From NCBI GenBank assembly GCA_963714015.1, contig OY970223.1, positions 1,728,001 to 1,792,000 of the forward strand: 64,000 nucleotides of DNA. The letters are read 5' to 3'. The notes under the pieces are model-generated. The model did not search any database. It had not been told where the DNA came from and saw only the letters and a program-made list of their open reading frames with translations. This document shows, one piece after another, positions 26,424 to 35,856 of the stretch (positions within the stretch are counted from its first letter, which is position 1; each line of letters opens with the position of its first letter). Position numbers and translations under genes: made by a program. Source of the DNA: Vulcanimicrobiota bacterium. Its GTDB lineage: Bacteria > Vulcanimicrobiota > Vulcanimicrobiia > Vulcanimicrobiales > Vulcanimicrobiaceae.

Positions 26424-27722
26424 CTATCGAAGTGTGAGCTCGGATTGGTCGAGATAACTGGACATGTCCGAAACGATTACGACGTCGCCCGGCGTGACGC
26501 CGGCGAGCACCTGCACGCGATCGTTGGAGCCTTGCCCTAGACGTGCGCGAACGCGCACCGCCCGCCTGCCGCCGTCGACCACTTTGAAGAGGTCGATGGT
26601 GCTTTCGTCGGACGCACCGGCCGGCCGCGCGATGGAGATTGCGTTCGGAATGGTGGCGATCTCGACGGTGCCGTCTACGTTCGCGTCCGGTCGAGCGCCG
26701 GGGGGCAGCGCGCCGGAGAACGTGACGTCGACGGCAACGGTTCCATTCTGCGCGGCGGGCGCGATACGGGCGACACGGCCCGTGATGACGCCGTTGCCCG
26801 TGTCGATTCTTGCCGGCATGCCGGGAATGACGGCATGAACGTCGCTCTCGGCGACCTGCAAGACTGCTTTGAGCGAGTGCGTGTCGGCAACGCGCGCAAG
26901 CTCGGTGCTTTGACTCACGTTGGTGCCCGGATCCACGTCGACGGTTTGCACGATGCCTTCGGAGGCGGAGCGGACCGTCAGCGCATCGACTTGGGCGATC
27001 GCCGCGTCGAGCTGTGCTCCGGCCTGCTCGACTTGCGCCTGGGCGGCTGCGACTTTGGCTTGCCCGTCGGCTGCCGCAACGCCGACTTGCGCGTGACTGG
27101 TGCGCAGATCGTTCGCACTGGTTTTCGCCTTGATCTCGGCTTGCTCGTACGAGAGATCGGAAACAAGCCCCTTGCCGTGCAGCGACCGCAGCGATTGCGC
27201 TTGAAGCGAATCCTGCTGCATCTGCGCGCGAGCATCTGCGTATGCGCTTTGCTGAGTCAGCTGTGCCGCCTGCGCCTGCTGGCGCGCGCTGGCAAGATTG
27301 GCCTGCGCGACCTGCAGCTGCGAGCGAGCATCGATGACCGCTGCCTCCAGCGTGGGATTCTCCATCTGCGCGATTGTCGTTCCGGGCCGTACGACGCTGC
27401 CGGGTTTGACGAAGATTTGATTTACGACGCCGCCTTGCGTTGCGCTGATGACGCGAAGCACTTCGGGAGCGAATGCTCCCTGTGCGCTCACGGCCCGCAG
27501 CAGCGTGCCGCGCTGCGCCGTATCGGTGACGAGGGTCGATTTATCGACGACCGTTCCGGTTCCGTGACTGTGCGCGAGCGACGAGATCGCCCACACGACC
27601 AAGGCCGCGAGCGCAAGGATCCCGCCGAGCGTGTAAATCGATTTCGGCACCGCGCGCCGGCGATCGCGCACGATGTCCATTGTGGCGGGCCTATCGGACA
27701 CTGCTTTGGGACGCATCTTCAT
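26424..27722 (-). CDS. Periplasmic adaptor / membrane fusion protein (HlyD/MacA family)
   Basis: MDIVR.., a single N-terminal TM helix, lipoyl-like halves (GGVVNQIFVKPG; VRSASEGIV) flanking a Q/A coiled coil; ATGA overlap with PadR. Confidence 0.92.
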   Translation of the reverse strand: MKMRPKAVSDRPATMDIVRDRRRAVPKSIYTLGGILALAALVVWAISSLAHSHGTGTVVDKSTLVTDTAQRGTLLRAVSAQGAFAPEVLRVISATQGGVVNQIFVKPGSVVRPGTTIAQMENPTLEAAVIDARSQLQVAQANLASARQQAQAAQLTQQSAYADARAQMQQDSLQAQSLRSLHGKGLVSDLSYEQAEIKAKTSANDLRTSHAQVGVAAADGQAKVAAAQAQVEQAGAQLDAAIAQVDALTVRSASEGIVQTVDVDPGTNVSQSTELARVADTHSLKAVLQVAESDVHAVIPGMPARIDTGNGVITGRVARIAPAAQNGTVAVDVTFSGALPPGARPDANVDGTVEIATIPNAISIARPAGASDESTIDLFKVVDGGRRAVRVRARLGQGSNDRVQVLAGVTPGDVVIVSDMSSYLDQSELTLR

Positions 27723-28072
27723 GTGATTACGGGAAGTAAGCGGCGCGTGCGCGCCAAATCGACGAGTTCCTGAAGCCGCCCCGCTTCGGCTTGCGCAATG
27801 CGCTTTCCCCATGCCGTCAAGCGATAATAGCGGCGCCCCATTGCATCATCGTCGTCGCGCTCGGTTTCGCTAATCCAGCCGTCGGTGCACATCTGCTTGA
27901 GCTGGCGATACAGCGTGCCGGACCCCAGCCTGATCTGAGCGTGCGTCGATGCGGTCACTTCCTTCGTAATGCCGTATCCATGCCGCTCACCATCGGCGAG
28001 CGCTAAGAGAATATGAAAGGCGCTTTGCGGCAGCGGCAGCAAGTCGGAAGGATCCCGGCGGCGGTTCAGCAT
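27719..28072 (-). CDS. PadR family transcriptional regulator (copy 1)
   Basis: FHILLALADGERHGY, GSGTLY, RRYYRLT; AGGAG RBS. Confidence 0.93.
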   Translation of the reverse strand: MLNRRRDPSDLLPLPQSAFHILLALADGERHGYGITKEVTASTHAQIRLGSGTLYRQLKQMCTDGWISETERDDDDAMGRRYYRLTAWGKRIAQAEAGRLQELVDLARTRRLLPVIT

Positions 28073-28089
28073 TGCGGCTCCTCGGCTTC

Positions 28090-28150
28090 AATATGTCCAT
28101 TTGCGACATATTATAGCGGTCACTATATCGCAAGTGGATAGGTCCGTCAA
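28090..28150 (-). promoter_or_regulatory. Sigma70 promoter TTGACG-N17-TATAGT plus operator-like inverted repeat AATATGTC-N7-GACATATT
   Basis: -35 at 28150..28145, -10 at 28127..28122; perfect inverted repeat at 28090-28112. Confidence 0.75.
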
Positions 28151-28224
28151 GCCCATATTGCGTGCCGGTATGGGCAGCCGGCGTAGTCAGCGGAGCGGTA
28201 TTGCGCCGGAAGGTTCGCCGTGAT

Positions 28225-28260
28225 ATATATTGGCAAAGGATATATTGGCTTTCGATATAT
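28225..28260 (+). promoter_or_regulatory. Two overlapping operator-like boxes ATATATT-N7-GATATAT
   Basis: Boxes at 28225-28245 and 28240-28260 (15-bp period), directly upstream of PadR copy 2. Confidence 0.6.
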
Positions 28261-28267
28261 CTTTCGG

Positions 28268-28630
28268 ATGGAGAGCAACCCGGCTATGGCTTCCGACGTT
28301 CGTGAGATCCTGCCGCTGAGTCCGCGCGTGTTCTATGTGCTCTTGGCCCTTGCCGACGGAGAGCGCCACGGCTACGCAATCTCGCGCGCCATTGAAAACC
28401 AAACCTCCGGAACGATTCGCCTGACGCCCGGCACGCTGTATCCGATTATCCGCCAAATGCTGGACAACGGGTGGATCGCCGAGATCGAAGACCGCGATGA
28501 CGATCCCCGGCGACGCTGTTATCGGCTGACGCCGCGGGGACGTCGCGTCGCCCAAGCCGAGGCGGCGCGTCTGTCGGATTTGGTGCGAATGGCGCGCAGT
28601 TGCAACCTGCTTCCGGCCGGTGCCGTATGA
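28268..28630 (+). CDS. PadR family transcriptional regulator (copy 2)
   Basis: FYVLLALADGERHGY, TPGTLY, DPRRRCYRLT. Confidence 0.93.
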   Translation: MESNPAMASDVREILPLSPRVFYVLLALADGERHGYAISRAIENQTSGTIRLTPGTLYPIIRQMLDNGWIAEIEDRDDDPRRRCYRLTPRGRRVAQAEAARLSDLVRMARSCNLLPAGAV

Positions 28631-31258
28631 CGATGCGTACCCTCGTGCAGCTTTTTTGCCTTGCGTATCCGCGCGATTTTCGCCATCGGTATCGCGCGCA
28701 GATTTTGGCGGATTACGATCAGCGCCTTCGGGACGAACGCGGCGGTGCCCGGTACGCGGCTCAAATTCTCCTCGACGTCGTTATCTCCGGCGCGATCATG
28801 CGCTTGGAGTTTGCGGCGCGGGACGCCGCAAGCGCCTTTAGGCGATTGCGCAAATCGCCGCTCGTTGCTTTCGTGATCGTTTTGACGTTTGCGCTCGGCA
28901 TCGGTGCCAATGTGGCCGTGTTCAGCGTGCTCAACGCGGTTCTGCTGCGGCCGCTTCCGTTCGCTAATACGGCACGATTAGTGTCCTTGAGCCAGATCGA
29001 CGAGCGCATCGGCAAAAGTATGCCGGCGGTCTCACAGCAAGACTTGCACGATCTTTTGGCCGGAAGCACCACGCTGCAAAACGCTGCGCTTTACGGCGAA
29101 GCTTCGAAGACCTTGACGGGACACGGCAGGCCGGTCGAGCTGAACGTTTCGACGGTCGGCTGGACGTTTTTCGACACCGTCGGCACCCGCCCGGAACTCG
29201 GCCGGCTCTTCACTGCGGAAGACGCACGCGCGGCGCACTATGCGGATCCCATGGTTCCGCAATCGCTCGTCACCAACTCCATCGTCATCTCCGACAAGCT
29301 GTGGCGCGCGCGTTTAGGGGCCGATCCGGGCACCGTCGGCAAATCGCTGAAGCTCGATGGAACGCCGTACCGAATCATCGGCGTAACGGCGCCCGGCTTC
29401 GAATCGCCGGGCTTCGGCGGTTTGTTCCCGGTCGACGCCTACCTGGTGATTCCAAAGGCTCCTGCGCAAGTGGGCCGCGGCGCGCGCTGGATGGACGCAG
29501 CGGCGTTGTTGCGTCCGGGGATCTCTTTGGCCGCCGCCCAATCCGACGTCAATCGGGTGCAGAGCCGTTTGCGACAGACTTTACCCGGCGTACGAGAACC
29601 GCGTCACCGTACTTCAGCCGATGCGGGATGCGATCTTGGGCCCCGGAACGCCCAAGCTGCTCGAGATGATCTTCATCGCGGTGATCGGCGTCTTTCTGAT
29701 CATGTGCGCGAACATCGCGAGTCTGCTCTTGACGCAAGCCGGCGCTCGGGAAGGAGAAATCTCGATGCGTCAGGCGCTGGGAGCAACGCGGGGGCGCATC
29801 GTCACCCAGCTGCTCACCGAATCGGTAATGCTGGCGACGGCCGGCGGCATCATCGGTATCGCCGGCGCCTATTTTGCGATTCGGTTCTTCGTCGCGCTGG
29901 GTGCGGGACAGGTGCCGCGATTGGCAACGGCGTCGATCGATTTTCCCGTCATGCTCTTTGCGGTCGCGGTCGTGATGTGCGCGACAATCGTTGCAGGTGC
30001 CGCACCCTCCTGGATGCTTGCATCCTCCGTTCGGGTGCCGCTGGGGCGGAGTGCGCGCAGAGCGACCTCCGTCAATAAGCGCGCGCAATCCGTTTTGGTT
30101 GCCGCCGAACTCGCGGTCACACTCGCGCTCGCAACCGCGGCGGGCCTCTCTCTACGCGGTTTCTACGGCCTGACGCACGCCGATATCGGCATCCGCACCT
30201 CGGGCGTTCTGGCAAGCCAAATCTTTCCGCTGAGCGATCGCCGGTTTCCCGGCGCGGACGCAAAACGAACGGCGTTACGGCGATTGCAATCCAAACTCGA
30301 CGCGTTACCGGGCGCGCAGACTGCCTTGGCGGCGGGTTACCCGATGAGCGGCGTGACGATGAGCATGGGTTTCAGAATTCAAGGTCAGCATTATGCAACC
30401 GGTGACGGTCCGGCGGCGATGTTGAACGCCATATCCCCACAGTATTTCGGCGTCCTCGACATTCCCTTAAAAGCCGGCCGCACGTTCACCGCAGCGGATA
30501 GAGCGGGCGCCCCGCTCGTTGCCATCGTGAACAGCGCTTTTTTGAAGCTGCTGCACGGGAAAGGTGCCCTCAAGGCGCGCGTGCAGATTCCTATACCCAA
30601 CGATCCTGGGGAATCCGGAATGCGAAGCATAGTGGGCGTAGTCGGGGACGTACGCGATGGTGCAACCGCACCGGTCTTGCCTGAAGTCTACGTGCCGCTG
30701 CAACAAGGCGTCATGCCGTGGATCACCGCCGTCACGCGTGTGCGCGCCGGCGACCCGTCTGCGCTCGGCAAAGAAATCGACGGAGCATTTACCTCTGTGG
30801 ATCCGCTCGCGCAGGCTCCCCTCGTTAGTACGATGACGCGAATAATGGGCGACTCGGCGGCGGCCGCGCGCCTTTCGGCAGCACTCTTTACTGCGCTCGG
30901 CTCGATCGCACTCTGCCTTGCGATCGCCGGAGTTTTCGGCGTCGTTTCGTATTCGGTCGCTCAGCGGTTTGGGGAATTCGGCATCCGCATGGCTCTCGGA
31001 TCGAGCGCCGTCGGCGTCGTCCGCACAGTTTTATCGAGCATTGCCGTTGTCGTCGGGACGGGCGTTGCAATCGGTTTGGTGCTCGCGGCGGTTGCGGGGC
31101 GCGCCGTCGGCTCAGAGCTCTATCAGGTGCACCCGATGGATCCGGTCGTACTGACGGCGGTGACGCTGCTGCTCGTCGGCGCCGCTCTCCTAGCCGCGCT
31201 GCTCCCGGCTCTGCGCGCCTCGCGGATCGACCCGGCTGCCGCACTTCGCTACGAATGA
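28627..31258 (+). CDS. ADOP-type duplicated ABC permease (MacB_PCD/FtsX x2), frameshifted at about 29581
   Basis: LAYPRDFRHRY prefix, ALGIGANVAVFSVLNAVLLRPLPF, CANIASLLL, ALGATRGRI, EFGIRMALG, DPAAALRYE. Removing one T in cagactTtacccg joins ORFs 28600..30078 and 29621..31258. Confidence 0.9.
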
Positions 31259-31271
31259 AAGGAGTCAATTG

Positions 31272-32585
31272 ATGCCGCCGCTTCATTTTCTCGCTTTCCT
31301 GCTCTTGGTGCCGGCCGCGGCTGCTACCGCAACATTCGCAATACCGGCCTCGCCCGCACAGAAGGTGTTCAGTGAGGCTCGGACGCTCTGCAAGGCCGAC
31401 GGCGGAAGGCTTTGGGGCGTTTCGTTGTGCGGTCCAATTATGCTGGCCGATCCGGCGACGCATCAAGCGGTCTCTAACGTTCCCGTTAAAGGAGCGCTGC
31501 GCGATGGTGCGCTGTACCGGTTCGTGTTGCCCGCCTCAGTCAACGTCGCCAACGCGCCCGCGCAGTTCGGCGGAATTCGTTGGGCGCAGATCATGTGGCC
31601 GATGAGCGGCTCAGCGCAGGACCGTGCCGTCGTTTTGATGCACGAGTCGTTTCATCGAATACAGCCGCAGTTGGGCTTCGAGTTCAACAGTACGAGAAGC
31701 ATCTCCGGCGCCGGTTATCTCGATACGCTAACGGGTCGAGTTTGGCTGCGCGGGGAGATGCATGCGCTGAGAAGCGCATTGAACTCCGGCGGCAGCCATC
31801 GCCGTGAAGCGCTCGCCGATGCACTGCGTATGCGGCTCTACCGCCATGTGCTGTTCGCGCAAGCGGCGCAGGACGAGCGCGAGCAAGACCTACTGGAAGG
31901 TTTGGCCGAATCAACGGGGATCGACGCTGGCCTGCCGTCTCAAGAGCGAATCGGTTACGCGATTCACGATATCGATCTCGTCGAGGAACAGCCCAGTTAC
32001 GTGCGGGAGTTTCCTTATGCCACCGGACCGGCGTATTCGGAACTGCTGGATGTGGCGCAGCCGGGATGGCGTCGAAACGTTACGCCGTCCACCGACGTCG
32101 CGATGCTGGCGGCTCGCGCCTACGGCTTGAATCTAAATTCCCCAACCCGAAGCGAAGCGCAAAGCATTATCGCCCGCTACGGCGGTGCCGCGATAGAATC
32201 CGAAGAGGCGGGTCGCGCGGTTCGAAAGGCTGCAGAGGACAAGAAGTACGCGACTGAGTTCTTGACCGGATCGACGCTCACGCTTCCGATGATGAAATTC
32301 AGCATCAAGTTCGATCCGCGCGACATCGAGCAGTTTGAGTCGCACGGATCCGTGTATCACAGTCTTGTCGTGAATTCGCCGTGGGGAACGATTACCGTAG
32401 CCGGCGGCGATGCGCTGATCACGCCGGATTTCCAGCGGCTGGTGGTTCCCGCGCCGTTGTCCCCAGGCGGATCGAACCTGCGCGGAGATGGATGGAATCT
32501 CCGGTTATCGCGCGGCTACAAGATCGGGCCGGACAACCAAAAGCCCGGGTCCTACACAATAGAACCTCAGCGTTCCCCGCGCTAG
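31272..32585 (+). CDS. Secreted hypothetical protein with an HExxH (gluzincin-like) motif
   Basis: Signal peptide; VLMHESFHRIQ and downstream EGLAE; AAGGAG RBS directly after the permease stop. Confidence 0.75.
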   Translation: MPPLHFLAFLLLVPAAAATATFAIPASPAQKVFSEARTLCKADGGRLWGVSLCGPIMLADPATHQAVSNVPVKGALRDGALYRFVLPASVNVANAPAQFGGIRWAQIMWPMSGSAQDRAVVLMHESFHRIQPQLGFEFNSTRSISGAGYLDTLTGRVWLRGEMHALRSALNSGGSHRREALADALRMRLYRHVLFAQAAQDEREQDLLEGLAESTGIDAGLPSQERIGYAIHDIDLVEEQPSYVREFPYATGPAYSELLDVAQPGWRRNVTPSTDVAMLAARAYGLNLNSPTRSEAQSIIARYGGAAIESEEAGRAVRKAAEDKKYATEFLTGSTLTLPMMKFSIKFDPRDIEQFESHGSVYHSLVVNSPWGTITVAGGDALITPDFQRLVVPAPLSPGGSNLRGDGWNLRLSRGYKIGPDNQKPGSYTIEPQRSPR

Positions 32586-32615
32586 GATTTCTCGAGCCGT
32601 CGACGGCAAAGCCGG

Positions 32616-35180
32616 CTATTCATACCGAAGGGCAACAGCCGGATCGACGCGAGCGGCGCGTAGTGCCGGAACCAACGCCGCAACGACCGCGCAGGCGGTT
32701 ATTAGCAAGAGTGCCGCTCCATAGGTGGGAAGGTCCGTGGCCGACGTTCGAAAGAGCAGCGTAGCAATGACGCGTGCAGAGAGCGCGGTCAACACGAGGC
32801 CGATGGCGGCCCCAATAACTGTCGCCACGAGCGCCTGGCGGAGCACGCCGCGCACGATGTCGACGTTTTGCGCGCCGAGCGCCCTGCGTATGCCGAACTC
32901 TTGCATGCGCTGCTCGGTTGCGTACGCGCTGACTGCGTAGGTGCCGGCCAACGCGAGGACGAGCGCGACGATCGCCAATAGCCCGAAAATTTGCACGTAC
33001 GCCTCAGCCGATAAAGCATCTTCATGAAAAAGCGCGCTGTAAGGCGTAACGATCGGCGATGCCAACTGCGGATCGACCCTCGCAAAGATACGGTCTATTT
33101 GCTGAGCGAGATCGATCCTCGAGCCGTTGGTTCGCACGATGAAATGCCCAAAGTTTTCATTCTGAGCCAGCGGAAAGTAGGTGTCGGCGGTATAGTCCGC
33201 CGTGAAACTGCTGCGCGAGTCCGCGACGACGCCGACCACGGTCAAGTCCGGAAATCCGCCTCGATGCACACCGCACCACATTCCGCAATTTCCGGGCTGA
33301 ATGAGCCTACCGACGATATTTGCGGTTCCGAAGAACTGCCGCGCGAAATGCCGGTCGACGATCGCGACGGGGCGGCCGCGCAAATTGTCTGCGCCGGAGA
33401 AATCCCGTCCGTAGAGTAACGGCATCCGCATCGTTGAGAAGTACCCGGGACTGACTACGTTAATATTTGTAGATGCATGGGGATCGGGCCTACCGGGCAG
33501 ATGCAAACCGGTCCAGTTCTCTCCCGCATCGTCGAATGGAAGCGTCCACGCCACAGCAGAGCCGGTAACGCCGGTTATTTCGGCAATGCTCTGCAAGATC
33601 CGATCGCCGAATTGCATGGGTTTCGCCGGGTCACTGTAGTAGGATGCGGGCAAACCGTTGAAGTTTACGTCGTAAAGATTCGTGCCGTCGAAGCCGACGC
33701 TTCGGTGAGTCATTCCCGTGAAGCTGCGCAATAGCAAACCCCCTGTCACGACCAGGGCCAGCGCGAGCGCGATTTCCCCAATCAGCAAGCCCCAGCGCAG
33801 GCCGGACCCAAAACCGCTGTGTCTGCCCTGTACGGTACGGAGCGCGGCTGCCGTGTCGCGCCGTTGAACGAACGCCGGCAGCACGGCCGATACGACCGTT
33901 GTGAACAGGGCGATGCCCAGCGCGTAGCACGCGATATTCCAATCGACCGAGACATTGTCCCAACGCGGCAGCGTTTGGGCTCCCCATCGCGCAAACCAGT
34001 ACAGCGTCGCGGTTCCCAAGGCCAGTCCGAGAAGCGCCGAAACGAGTGCGATCAGCAGCGTTTCGAAACTGAGTTCGATCGCAATGCGCCGAGCCGATCC
34101 GCCTATCGCCGAGCGCACGTATAACTCGCTCGAACGCGCGGACGAACGCATTACGTTGAGATTCGTCACGTTTGCGCACGCGATTAGCAAAACGACGGCA
34201 ACGCCGGCATAGAGTATCCACAATAGCGTCCCGGTTCTCGAGAAGAGCGCTGCGGCAATCGGCTCGACGTTTGCGCCCGAAAACCGGCCGTGATTCACGG
34301 GGTACGACTGTGTTTGACGTCTGACGATGCGGGAGAGGTCTGCGCGTGCCTGCGCATATGCAATGCCCGGCCTTAGACGAGCCACAGCCGCGTAGATGTA
34401 ATCACCGCGCCCATTCATGTTGGTGTTGTGCGGATCGAGCGGTATCCAAACGTCCGTCGCACTCATTGACGGATCGCGAAATTCAGGTTGTACGATCCCT
34501 ATGATCGTGTAATTCGTTCCGTCCAGCCGCAAGGTTCGCCCCAGCGGGAAGGCCCTTTTGCCGAAAACGCGGTCTGAAAAGGCAGGGGAGATCACCGCAA
34601 CGTGTTTTGCCAAATCCGATTTGAAGATGAGCCGGCCTAAGATGGCTTGCGCACCGAGCACGGAGAAATAGTCGCCGTTGATTGTCCGGACGTTGATTCC
34701 GGCCGGTCGTCCGAGCCCGGTCAGCGTTGACGTATTGTCGTTTGCCAGGGCTATGCCGGCCAATGTTTTACTTTGCGCCAAGATATCGACTGCTTCCGGA
34801 TACGACAGGCTCGTATCGGAAGGCGTCTCGCCGACCGAAACGAGGCGCGAAGCATTCGGAAACGGCAGCGGATCGAGCAGCACGCCTTTGAGCACACTTC
34901 CCACAGCGACGTTTGCACCGATGGCCAGCGTCAACGCAACCATGACCGTCAGCGCATAGATCGGCGAACGCGCGAGCGAACGAAGCGCCCGTCGAATGTT
35001 GCGGAAGAGATCTTCGACCCGCATGCCCAATCCGGCGAAAAGCGCATCCGCCGCGGCGTGCACGGGATCGTTTTTCGCATCTTCGTAAATCTCGCGCGCG
35101 TAATGCCGGCGAAATTCAGCGGGTGAGAGCAGCAGCGCCAAACGAACGAGCGGGTGCGGTTTGCCCGAAATTCCGTTCAT
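32616..35180 (-). CDS. ADOP-type duplicated ABC permease (copy 2)
   Basis: LSPAEFRRHY prefix, LAIGANVAV..LLDPLPF, LLIACANV, EFGIRRALGA, DPAVALRYE; intact at 854 aa. Confidence 0.93.
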   Translation of the reverse strand: MNGISGKPHPLVRLALLLSPAEFRRHYAREIYEDAKNDPVHAAADALFAGLGMRVEDLFRNIRRALRSLARSPIYALTVMVALTLAIGANVAVGSVLKGVLLDPLPFPNASRLVSVGETPSDTSLSYPEAVDILAQSKTLAGIALANDNTSTLTGLGRPAGINVRTINGDYFSVLGAQAILGRLIFKSDLAKHVAVISPAFSDRVFGKRAFPLGRTLRLDGTNYTIIGIVQPEFRDPSMSATDVWIPLDPHNTNMNGRGDYIYAAVARLRPGIAYAQARADLSRIVRRQTQSYPVNHGRFSGANVEPIAAALFSRTGTLLWILYAGVAVVLLIACANVTNLNVMRSSARSSELYVRSAIGGSARRIAIELSFETLLIALVSALLGLALGTATLYWFARWGAQTLPRWDNVSVDWNIACYALGIALFTTVVSAVLPAFVQRRDTAAALRTVQGRHSGFGSGLRWGLLIGEIALALALVVTGGLLLRSFTGMTHRSVGFDGTNLYDVNFNGLPASYYSDPAKPMQFGDRILQSIAEITGVTGSAVAWTLPFDDAGENWTGLHLPGRPDPHASTNINVVSPGYFSTMRMPLLYGRDFSGADNLRGRPVAIVDRHFARQFFGTANIVGRLIQPGNCGMWCGVHRGGFPDLTVVGVVADSRSSFTADYTADTYFPLAQNENFGHFIVRTNGSRIDLAQQIDRIFARVDPQLASPIVTPYSALFHEDALSAEAYVQIFGLLAIVALVLALAGTYAVSAYATEQRMQEFGIRRALGAQNVDIVRGVLRQALVATVIGAAIGLVLTALSARVIATLLFRTSATDLPTYGAALLLITACAVVAALVPALRAARVDPAVALRYE

Positions 35181-35533
35181 AACGTCACGCTCGCGGGGAG
35201 CAGTTTACGCGCCTTGGCTAGGCGCAGGGACTGCGCCAAACGTAAGGCTTCAGCTTGGGCAATGCGGCGTCCCCATGGCGTAAGCCGATACGCGCGCCGG
35301 CGCGGATCGTCCGGATCCACGCCGGCGGTTTCTTCGATCCATCCGTCGGCGTCCATCTGACGCAAATATCGATAGAGGCTTGTCGGGCCAAGACGCACGA
35401 GGCCGCCGGTGCTCTGTTCGACCTCTTTACTGATACTGTAGCCGTGCCGTTCGCCCTCGGCCAGCGATAGCAAAATGTGAAAGACACCGCTGCTCAACGG
35501 AAGCGACGCAGCGGGATCGCGGCGGCTTTGCAT
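35177..35533 (-). CDS. PadR family transcriptional regulator (copy 3)
   Basis: FHILLSLAEGERHGY, GPTSLY, DPRRRAYRLT; ATGA overlap with the permease. Confidence 0.93.
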   Translation of the reverse strand: MQSRRDPAASLPLSSGVFHILLSLAEGERHGYSISKEVEQSTGGLVRLGPTSLYRYLRQMDADGWIEETAGVDPDDPRRRAYRLTPWGRRIAQAEALRLAQSLRLAKARKLLPASVTL

Positions 35534-35556
35534 CCCGAAACCCTCTTTTCGAATCG

Positions 35557-35585
35557 ACTATAGCCAAGTTGGTACTATTCGTCAA
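35557..35585 (-). promoter_or_regulatory. Sigma70 promoter TTGACG-N17-TATAGT
   Basis: -35 at 35585..35580 and -10 at 35562..35557; hexamers and spacing are identical to those upstream of PadR copy 1. Confidence 0.75.
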
Positions 35586-35642
35586 GATGTCTCGCCGCCT
35601 CTTGGCGTGCGCGTTCTGCCGTGAAAGCCGGCGGGAGGAAAG

Positions 35643-35856
35643 ATCGCTATCAGTCCGTTAGAAAGCCGTATGGCGCACCTCGAGGGAGCCTACGAACAAG
35701 TCAACCACCGCCTTGCGGTTCGACTCGATGAATCGCAAAATCGATGACGTGTACCGCGCGGTGGACGGCAAAATCGATCAGCGTTTCGTCTGGACCGCCG
35801 GGCTAATGGTCAGTACTTGGCTTACGACGATTCTGGCGATATTTTTCTGCCATTAG
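35643..35856 (+). pseudogene. Disrupted small coiled-coil protein with a C-terminal TM helix
   Basis: GGAGG is followed by IAISPLESRMAHLEGAYEQVNHRL, then after a frame change near 35716 RFDSMNRKIDDVYRAVDGKIDQRFVWTAGLMVSTWLTTILAIFFCH*. Not in the ORF track. Confidence 0.5.
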
